This document shows positions 54,275-64,000 of a DNA stretch of 64,000 nt, in pieces (within the stretch, counting starts at the first letter, position 1; each line of letters begins with the position of its first letter). Position numbers and translations under genes: made by a program. The notes under the pieces were generated by a model. It ran no database searches. It was not told the origin of the DNA and worked only from the letters and a program-made list of their open reading frames with translations. The stretch covers positions 11,298,909-11,362,908 of the forward strand of contig CM082580.2 in the NCBI GenBank assembly GCA_040954595.2, read 5' to 3'. Source of the DNA: Balanoglossus misakiensis (lineage: Eukaryota > Animalia > Hemichordata).

Positions 54275-55036
54275 CTGTTGAAGAGAAAAGTGACATTCTG
54301 TTAATAGACAATAACCCAATGTCCTTGAAAAAACAAAAGATCAGTATGTTATGGTGAGTGGTGGCGCTGCACTTGGCCGAAATAGAAATTTCGAAATTTC
54401 TGGTGTTTGTATCCAGCACTCCAATTTCACTTTGTAACCACTCCCAAAATCTGATGTCAGAATATTTCAGCATTTCATTTTGTTTTGGACTTCAGACAGG
54501 AGTCATAGATATAAGCTGCAAATACAATAAGTTCAAATTCCTTACACTTACCTGTACAATGCACAAAAGATTGAATACTGTACACAAGACGTATACATGT
54601 ACTTTACGAGACTTATAGTACACACACATAACACACTGACAGTGGAGAAATAGTATATGTGTGCTTGTCTCTTGCACATGGAAATTGCGAGATCTTCCAT
54701 TGTGATGGTCATAGACAGGTCCTCATCTCTTGGTCTCCAGACATTTCACAATAAGGTATTTCAAATCAAAGTCAGCCATCTGATCACCATGCAAAACACG
54801 TCTCAAATTTAATGAGAGGTTTAACTTAAAATTGTCAGCAGTCTGCACCTTTAACTTCATATTTTGGTGCTTACACCTCTTGGGGAAAAATATTGTGTAA
54901 CTTTTATTTCTGTAAGTTTTTGAAAATCAGCCAATAAAGTGTTTAAATAGCAAAGCAAACACCGACACCAGGCCCAACTGAACTGCCTGGACTCATTTTC
55001 CATACTTACATTCCATTGCTGGGGTGTTCATTTTTC

Positions 55037-58000
55037 TTACGGTCCAGTCCGCTGTCTTTTCCTGGCATCAGACTCTCTGTCCTGATCGCCATGGTGACCG
55101 GGTGGCGGTTCCGCTGCCATGACCTTCAGCCGGACTCCAGCCACTTCCTGGCCGTGCAGAGAAGCAATGGCCATTTCCGCGCTTGATTTGTCTGTTGATT
55201 AAAAAAAAGACAAAAGTGAGAATTTAGAACACCGGCTGAAGTGTCAGTTGATGTGATTTGGCAGATTCTGCTTGAACTCATTCAGGCGATGAATTTGCTG
55301 CAATTATAGGGTCCGGAGAATGCTGATGCAATGAATCTCTTACCTGAAAACTTGGCATAGCCATAGTTTCTGCTGCCCAGCATGTAGACATCTATCAGGT
55401 TCCCAAATCGACTGAAGACATCACGCAGGATGTGAGATGGTGGTGGCTGAGGGTTGCACACCACAAACAACCTGTCGACGACTTCGCTGCAATTTAACAA
55501 TCAAAATAGAAAGGGAAGGTTCTTGCAGTCAACAATATTTTACATCGATCAATTCTAGTCAGTCAACTCCAAGATCTGGAGAAGTGTACACGTGTGTGTG
55601 TGTGTGGGGGGGGGGGGAGGGGGTTCCTCACCTGTCTGGGTGTGCCAGAGGTTGTGGAGCTGGTAACGACACTGAACACGTGGGTGACCCCATGTCGCCA
55701 TAACCGTGCCTCACTATTCCCTGCGAAAAAGGACTGCTGCCGCCATCACCGACACTGTAACAAGGAAAAAATGAACTCATGAGGACATTGTCCAGAGATC
55801 AAAGAACTGGATATTCATGCCTACACCTACATTATACAGTGCACATGAATTATGAAAGGAAGCGAAGGCAGTCCACAAGTTGAATGCATCAAATGCAAAA
55901 TTTGCAGAACATTTGCATTGGATGTATTATACACACGAAATTACACACATGCCCATAAGACGATCGTTGGCCTTAAACTCACCCTGACTGAGGCGCTGTT
56001 CCTAACAGTCCTGTGTTACTGCCACCAGCCTGGCCACTGTTGCCTTCTTTACTTGCGCCAATGTCATCGTCTATGTACTTGACTATCATACGGGAGCCAG
56101 GTGGGTACTCAAAACCATTCAGTTTCTCTTTGGCGTACATTGCAGATGCTGTGGTTGTGTATCTTATATGGCTGATCCCTGGATGAAAGACAAAACAGCA
56201 GATTTAGAGTCATTAAGCTTCTGGTACGTGTCAGGAAATGAAGGCACTGGATTTATTCTGGAGCTGCTATATGTGTTTCAGCAGACTGTATCAATTTTTT
56301 CTGACTGATATACTGATATATATACCTTTGACCATCCCGGAACTGTAATCCCAGTTCATGTTGCAGTACTCCATTCCGGGAATCAGATCGAATAACCTGG
56401 ACAACTGTTCTTGGCTGACAGTGGCGTCGACTGTCACCTGTAACTTCTGACTCACACTCATAAGATCCGGCAAGGCCATCCCTGCTCCAAATTCTGCAGA
56501 GAGACACAATACATAACAAGAGTGAATATTAGCCACACACACTTCTTGTGCTGTGCAGTCTCTTTGTCTCGTTTTCCAAACATAATTAATACGAACCCCA
56601 TCGCATGGTTCTTTGTAAAAAAAAAATTCATTGTAATGGTTTTGAGCCAAACCATGGAGGTGAAAGGGTTAAACTTACCAGGTCTGGGTGCAGGAGGTGC
56701 ACCATACATCGGTGGGGAATTGTATGAATTGTATGGATTGGAGTGCATCATGTCACGTTCCCGTTCTTTCTCTTTCTCTCTGGTGATCTTTGCTATCTTG
56801 GGCTCGGCAAGGACGGCTTTGAAAGCTGTGAGGAGGAATGAATATACACAGTGTCAAATAACACAACAGTATTGAGTTTAACGGACAACAGCAGGTAATT
56901 TGACATGTTAGGTTTTACTCTTTTGTGCCCATTTGTGTTTTAAGCTGTCAGTTACAAAAGCCCAAGTTTCTTCTGCCCATTGGTTTTGTTAATTTAGTGT
57001 TTTATCACTTTAATAAACTAGAGTGAAAACTCGCCCCTAGAATCGAACCCACGTCTATCAAATCCAATGGTCCACGTTTGGTATGTATGCTATTTTGGTA
57101 CAATAGTGCCACCAGCAAGCTCAGCATTCCATCCGACATCCAAACCTGATCACCCCAATGCAATTCTCCCGGCCCTCTTCCAAATGGCACACATCCATGC
57201 TTTGCACAGTTATTTGTACAACTCAACATTCTCCTAAAATCAATAACATTGATTGTGACTACACTTTCAAAAGATTTCCCTCACAACATCGTGTGAACAA
57301 GCAAACCTGCATCATTTATATTTATTGATTGAGAAGAAAATCTGTTGGCTGAAATTGTTCACTTTTGCAGTTGTTTTTTTACTAAGGACAGATTGCCTAC
57401 TGCCTACCTCTATCTACCCTTTCAAGGGCCAGCATAGCATGGGAAGCCCTGTGAAATTTGACATAGGCAAATCCCTTGGGATCGCCTGAGCTTCTGTCTC
57501 TCACGATGTTGATGTAGTCAACATCACCATATTCTGCAAATCAGACAAAAAAGGAAACAAGGGTTGGTCACCAAAATTAATTGATCATTTGTTATCATTG
57601 TTTTCTGGATTTTTATGACTTTTAGACATTACCTTCGAATTTCTGTTTAATATCATCCTCTGTCATGGTCTTGGGGATGATGATAAACAGTCTCATCAGC
57701 TCTTCACTTTGATCTATGTCTCGGGAGCTGCCAGAGGATCTGGAGTTGGCCATCATAACCTGGGTTTGGAAGGGATAACAGAGCAAGGAAAGAGACTTAT
57801 AATTTGTTTCCTAGTGTTAGTGCTACCAAGGGCCCAGAGGACTATCTTCCCCCCCCCCCCCCCCCCCCATGTTACTAAATTGAAACAAGCTTCACAAATA
57901 CAACAATACTTCAGCAGAGAAAAGGTCACTGTGTTTAGTCTGAGCAGAAGAAAAACGTGCCGTGGGAAAGTGTCTGACTTTTGTCATCCCTGGTTGAACT

Positions 58001-59616
58001 AATGACTTTTCAGACTTCCAAGAGATTGTTGTCCGCGCAGGTTGCCACGGCTACTTGCTTTCTATTTAGCTTCTTTTCTTTCAACGAGGGAACAATTGTA
58101 ATTTGTGTTTGTGTGCGAAATAACCTTCCCTTTGTTACTGTTCAGTTCTGCCGTATGCAAGGCTATCAGTCATTCGGGCACAAAATTTAAGCAGAAATTT
58201 TACCTGGTGATGCCACCCAGCTCGAGAAGAATTTCAAAGATAAATTTTACTTGGAAGGCGCACCTTCCCGTGAGCAGTGAGCAAACGCAGTTAGCACAAA
58301 ACTGAATCATTTTGCCAGTCTGGACACAACACTGAAGACAACAAGATACCCCTGGATTGCAGACAGACTAATTGCAATACCAGTGATTTACTGGAGCATA
58401 AGGATTTCACCTATTATGGTGTCTGACAACCATGACTACTGCTATTCAATCACGCAGCGCTTCATTTATTATAAGTTATAAACAAATGATGTTGTCATAC
58501 TGGCCACAGAGTACAAATATAGTCATCGTGCTGTATAAACCAAATATATACACAGATTATCTTACAGGACACCAGACTAAAATAATTTTGCTGGTAACAT
58601 GTCTGACATGGCCAGTATGATTTTGTTGGCTTCCAGCCATTTGCTACACCATTTGTCCATTTTATGAGGCAATCCCACTAAATCGTTTGTTACACAGACT
58701 GCTTGTAAGTTGTTGAAGTTGGACTTTTAACTACATCATAAAGCCAGTCACCTTTTAATCAAAATGGTCAGTGTGAATAACCAGTGCAGTTAAAGTTGGT
58801 GAATAACTTAGACTTAAAGAACTAAATTGTGGAAATAATCAATATTTATTACAGAGGTACCTGGACATTGTAAATGAGCTAAATTTTGTGTACAAGCAAG
58901 TTACTGCGAGCAAGTGATGAATAATTTACTGCTTAGAGTTGTATGTATAAAATATTGAGTAGGATGTTGTTTTCCTTATTATTTTTGTGGAATGTTTATC
59001 TTTTTCCTGATATATACCACATATGGTAAATTTCACAGCGCTCTGACTGTATAGCTGACTATATGTTCAATTGTTGTCATATAAACTTACATAAAATTTT
59101 CAGATCTCTCCTGCAACGTAATATATTATTGCAGGTAATAAATTGTACGTCATACGTGTAGCAATGTGTGTTGCTTAAAATTCTTTTGTTTGGCAGTAGA
59201 GATAAATTATGTATATCAGTTATCCATGGTTATCTAGCTTGCCCCTTATAGTATAAAATAATACTGACTAAGACCGTTGAAACTATTTTTTCTGTGTTGT
59301 CAAGCTGCATTTGGCCTACCTTGATTGGTTTCGTTTCACTGCCCAGGGCTTTCCCATTCATCTGTTCCATCGCCAGCGTCGCTTGGGAGGCTTTGGCAAA
59401 TTTGATGTAGGCCACCCCACGACTCTCCTTCGAGTCCCTGTCTCGGACGACCCACACATCTTCTATGACACCGTACCGGTCAAAGTAACGCCTGAGATCA
59501 TCTTCTGTGTGGTGCCTCGCACAGACGATGAATAGGCGGCTGTATGGTGGACGGTCGCAGTTTATCGTACCGCGTCTGGAAGCACCCCGATCATCATCGT
59601 ATTCAGACATCATCAT
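55037..59616 (-). CDS. RBM45: RNA-binding protein 45 (DRBP1/Drb1; three RRMs plus the HOA pseudo-RRM), 493 aa, 9 coding exons
   Basis: Exons (minus strand): 59616-59320, 57759-57633, 57533-57408, 56825-56679, 56493-56326, 56178-55983, 55754-55632, 55486-55344, 55191-55037. All are GT-AG with matching phases, total 1482 nt. RRM1 is PPYSRLFIVC..DVWVVRDRDSKESRGVAYIKFAKASQA. RRM2 is RLFIIIPK..KGFAYVKFHRASHA. The HOA region has LSRLFDLIPGMEYC and YAKEKLNGFEYPPG. RRM3 is RLFVVCNPQPPP..RDVFSRFGNLIDVY..NYGYAKF. The C-terminus carries the NLS RKRQRT. Confidence 0.95.
57849..57868. repeat. C20 homopolymer (G20 on the RBM45 sense strand) in RBM45 intron 1
   Basis: Seen directly. Similar G or C runs occur at about 4289-4304, 19237, 21781, 22560, 43489, 55606 and 59921. 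Confidence 0.9.
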
Positions 59617-59717
59617 GATTACTGCATGAAAACGTGAACTTTGACCCCTTATCCTCACGTACACTCCAAATGCATTATGGGAAAGACAGTGGATAGCAAC
59701 AAAAACCAAGATGGCGG
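59617..59717. promoter_or_regulatory. Bidirectional promoter shared by RBM45 (-) and the C10orf67-like gene (+)
   Basis: Divergent ATGs at 59616 and 59711. ZNF143/Staf-like site tgcattatgggaaagacagt (59671-59690). YY1-like AAGATGGCGG (59708-59717) overlaps the + strand ATG. Confidence 0.7.
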
Positions 59718-62700
59718 TGGACATGATGACCTCTCAAGAGCTGGCAGCGCTAGCTCTTGAAGACGCTATGCTGGCAAGAGCAGAGAGTAGTACATCCGAA
59801 GATGATTTTAGGTAAAATTGAATGTATAGCCAAATGCTGGATAGATTATTTCATATGTCTGATTCGTGAAACTTCCATTTTACGCCTTATATTCACGTTG
59901 TTTACATGTTGATAGGGAACTCCCCCCCCCCCCCGTCAGCGTCGTGTGTATACGTGTATACCTACTGTCAGTCATGACTGTTCAGTGCCAGAGTAAAGAT
60001 CAGCAGAAAACATACCAAGAACAGACTTACAGACCAAAGCCCAATAAATCAACCTTGAAAATATCAAAGAGCTACAAGTTGGTTAAGCTTGTAGTAATGA
60101 TGATCATATGTAATCATAATGACATTATAGGTCTGTGATGACTGCATACTAATAACTGTAACACACGTGCCTTTTCTATTAGACCCTCCATCGCAGACCA
60201 ACAAAAAGTGGGATTTTTCAGCCAAGACAGGGCATCACAGACGGAAGTCTCAGAAATAGTGTCGCTCAAAGAAATGACAGAAGTTTTAAACACACTGAGA
60301 GCGGTGAGTATATGTGTTGTGCAATCTCTCCTCAAAAGTAACGTACATATAGAAAAAAAATAATGAGATTTATCTTGAGATGTAACTAAACAGTTGTTTT
60401 TTTCTTGATTTCAGGATGCCAAAACTTTGAAACGAGAACTGGCCCTTGCCAAACAAGTCATGCAAGCAGACTATGAAAACAAATTACAAGAAAAAGCTTT
60501 AGATTTATACTGTAGGGTGAATGACAGGATAGATGACATTGAAAAAATGCACGATGATAGAGTTGGGGTCGTGAGGCGAAGTTTTAAGCAACAACTTGCA
60601 GATGCACTTGTGAAACTCAACAATGACTGGAAGGTAAGAAAACAACCAAAGGCCGTATGTCATATGGAAACTGTTTCTTCATAACAAGAGGGATGCCATT
60701 TTCCAACTGTATAAGATTTCCTGAGCTGGCATATTTAAATCCTGTAAAGAGGAACATATTGTACCTCCTCAGTCAGAATATTAATAGTGTCAACTGCTTT
60801 CTGTATCTGTGTTTGGACAGAAACACTACGGAATGAAAATGAACGAAGAGAAGAAAAAAGATGCCGGAAAGAAAGATCTGATTGCTGAAGAAATCAAAGA
60901 ACTTCAGGGACAGATTCAGCAGCAGGATTCTGTGATACACATGCTGAGAATGCAGCTGCAGCAATACACAGGACAAGCCCAGGTATGACTGTCTTTGTAG
61001 TTGATGCTTGGGTATGTGAACTCAATATCCCAATCAGAATTAAGATTAGATGATCAGTGAGTTGAATTATGGATTTCACCATTCTGTGTTTTTTTTCTCA
61101 TAGGATGACTCGTCTTCAACGAGATCACCCAGCATAAACCCAGAAATACAAGAACTGAAAACAGAAATCGATAAATTATATAATAAAATCAATAATCTGG
61201 AAGATGCATTGGACACAAAGGATGAAACTACAGATCAACTGAGTAAGTACCTTGATAATAAATTGACAATGGCCTGCAGACAGTAAGACATCACTGATGA
61301 TAAATGCAGTTTCAACTTGAGTGCTTTGTGCATTCCTATATATGTATAATGCTGATAGGATATGATAATGATTACTTTCAAAATAAGCACTCAGCCTCCA
61401 GAAATTGAGAAAAAAAACCTGAGAAGAATGCTCAGATGCCAGTTTTATCTTGACTTGTCACGTTTTTTACCTGTTTACAGACAAAGAAATTGACCAGATA
61501 AACAAAGAATTAGAAAAAGAAAGAGTAACTGTCCAACAGGTAAGTACAGTAGTAGTGTATATATAAGTTGTGTTGTTGTCTGTGTTATAATTTTTACATA
61601 AACAAAACAATTAAGCCAGACTGAGAGAAATTAATTGATTGTACAATACAATGGTTCATTGCAGCTTTTGGCTGAGAAAGAAGAACTAGCCGCCAAATCA
61701 GAACAGGACAAAGCTTCCATCAAAAGACAGGTAAGATCATAAAATTGGTGCATCTATCTGGGTGATTGTCAAAACTCACAACTTTGTTACTTGTAACTGT
61801 ACAGAAAAGTCATATGGTACTTCTAGATGCTATGCTCACAAAAAGCTTCCTTGTTTTTCATTCTGAAGCTCGAAAAACAAAAACTGGAGGTTGAACGAGA
61901 AATGCAAGAAAAGCTGTCAAAAGCCAGGGATGAGGTGAGTGACCACATTTCGTCATATGAAATTGAATCATGTGCATAATATTTCAGTGTAAAATTGCAA
62001 AATAGTGTGTGAATGACAGATTATCGACCTGTGTGCTACAAGAAATGATCCCCAGAGGGAACACTGATATGATGTGTGTGGTTTTGTGTTTCAAGGTACT
62101 AAACTTGGCGAAAAGACAAGCGGAGGATTTACAGAAACAAGAAGAAGAGAAGAGCAGGCTGTTAATGGAACAGAAACGGGCAACGGAGGCGCTTATGGCA
62201 AAGGTAGGAACTCTTGTCAAATCACGTCAAAATTCAGTACTTATCAGCTCTTACCAATGGACAATCTACCCTTGGCCAAACAAGAAAACATTCCTTCACT
62301 TTTTAAGAATGTCAGATGCTAAAAAAATAGGGCACAACTCCTTGTGGATAGACTAATCATTCCTTTTGTTCTTATATGCACATACATACACTGACAAATT
62401 TCTAAGCCAAGATAATTTCATCTTTCGTTATCCTTTTTTTACACCACCAGGAGAGGGAAGAGGCATTGAAAGAAAACAGAAGTGAAGAAGACCTGACAAG
62501 GCTTAAAAAGCTAGAAAAACTGTTGAAGCAAGAAAATATAAAGTAGGTTTTTTAATGCTGCTAGTCGTCCATTTTGTTTGTATTGTTTATTTGACATCCA
62601 GGACAATTACTTTGACAACTTCAATGGTGATAATATTAATGATTATGTTTCAAAAATTGGTAATTCAGAGCCTGTTTGATTTCAGATTGAAGAGAGAGCT

Positions 62701-63824
62701 TGACAGAACAAATAAAATCTGGGAAAAGAAATTTGCAATACTACAACAGAGGTAGGTCACCATTACATGGGAATTGGGGTTCGAACACTTTCGAACTTTC
62801 ATGTTAACCGAAGTCTAGTTTAAGAAATGTAACTTATGTTTCCTGTCGGCTGTCAATTGTATGGAATTGTACATCAACGCACAACTTTTATTTTATTCCT
62901 ATACAGTCTGCACGCCATCAAGGATGAGAGTTATCTCAGACAAACCTTGCAGAAACAGGCAGCCACACTAGCACACGCCTCTGTCACATATGCTGTAAGT
63001 AGTATCCTGGTTTTCATGCGGAAGTTTAGATGTGTTTTGTTCCTGAAGTTTATAGAAGCAATCTTTCAAATGACTTCTTTGTGATCCCTACATAACAGGC
63101 TGACGCACCAGTGGGAATTATGCCAACAAACAGTCAAATTATGCCCTCGGCACCACCGGGAACTGGGCGCTCAGCGAGAAAAGGAACACAGCAGCCATTG
63201 GTAAGTGTGAAAGACCAGAATCTCGAATCCGAAAAATTAAATAAAAATATAAAAAACATCACAGTAGGTGAATTTCATGTGTTTTCTAACATTGTTGCTT
63301 TTTTTCCCCTCTTCATCGTCGAATGACAGCCTGCTATTGGTAAAGCACAGGAACGAGCGAGAGATATCTTGACAGCTTACACAGTAACACCGCCACCGGG
63401 AAGAGCCACCACTGTCTTCTCTATCGGAGGTGAGTCAATCAAGTCAACAGAGGAAGAAAAGGCAGGAATCCATAATGACACTTTTTTCATGCTTTCACAA
63501 TGCAGTAGAAACCAACAATTTAAAGATCATCTTTTTCTTCCAGAATCACAAATTGTTGATCCCAATGAAGAGATTGACATGGATGGCATTATTCCTTTGC
63601 CGTCACCACCTCCAAGGTAAACTAAATATCAGTAACTTATTTATATCTTCTATTTCCCTCTTTTGTTGGAAGAAACTGGTTGAAGTTACCGACTGTTAAA
63701 ATTATTTTTCACCCAAGAAAGCACACACCATGTATTCACGAAGTTTCTTATTACATTGCCATTAATTGAATGCATTCATTCCTTTTTTATTTAATCTCGT
63801 AGAGTGCCTAGTAGCACAGGGTAA
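59711..63824 (+). CDS. C10orf67: C10orf67-like coiled-coil protein (DUF4709/DUF4724-type), at least about 525 aa; 3' end uncertain and may extend beyond the window
   Basis: Exons: 59711-59811, 60183-60303, 60415-60633, 60821-60982, 61104-61242, 61481-61539, 61665-61730, 61869-61934, 62096-62203, 62451-62542, 62686-62751, 62907-62994, 63099-63200, 63330-63429, 63544-63616, 63803-63824 (or 63803-63820 then 63993 onward). All are GT-AG, phase-consistent and stop-free. RPSIADQQKVGFFSQDRASQTEVSEIVSLKE, LYCRVNDRIDDIEKMH..VVRRSFKQQLADA and WEKKFAILQQSLHAIKDESYLRQTL resemble vertebrate C10orf67 as I recall it. Proximity to PTF1A matches human synteny. Confidence 0.85.
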
Positions 63825-64000
63825 TTTTTGTTTCCTACATTTTAAGTTGCATTTTTGTTTGTTCTTTTCATGGTTTGATGCGACTATTTTTGCACTCTGT
63901 GAATTCCTGATTTATTATTGTGCTCATATTAACACATACTCTAATCCCCTAACTGCCCTGTGGACAAAGAACATATCTTTACTGAATGACAGGCTGCAAG

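Noticed and set aside
57030-57120. Pol III B-box-like GGTTCGATTC on the minus strand in RBM45 intron 3
   Set aside because: No A box at the right spacing and no cloverleaf. Not a tRNA; at most a SINE remnant.
59226-59240. Partial miR-9-like (ggttatctagct) match; also a miR-34-like 3' fragment near 9333
   Set aside because: Seeds do not match and there is no supporting hairpin.
1-64000. CRISPR array, rRNA, tRNA, prokaryotic defence systems, transposase or reverse-transcriptase ORFs
   Set aside because: None seen. The window is intron-containing animal DNA with no repeat-spacer array and no long uninterrupted ORF.

Overview
Eukaryotic (animal) genomic DNA with GT-AG introns. It probably comes from an invertebrate deuterostome such as a hemichordate, echinoderm or amphioxus; this is inferred from the very vertebrate-like PTF1A C-terminus combined with compact introns. 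I could assemble three genes by hand with consistent exon phases. (1) PTF1A (+, 2 coding exons, 206 aa) sits in a gene-free stretch of about 29 kb upstream and 21 kb downstream. (2) RBM45 (-, 9 coding exons, 493 aa) has a probable 3'UTR intron. (3) A C10orf67-like coiled-coil gene (+, at least 16 exons) probably runs off the right edge. RBM45 and the C10orf67-like gene are head-to-head with only 94 bp between start codons. The most interesting observations are a strand-specific cluster of GAC motifs (the RNA motif RBM45 binds) at the start of RBM45's own last exon, suggesting autoregulation, and the PTF1A-RBM45-C10orf67 block, which looks like an ancestral neighbourhood split between human 10p12 and 2q31. 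I found no CRISPR array, tRNA, rRNA or autonomous transposon. Most short ORFs in the track are spurious. All motif counts were done by eye.
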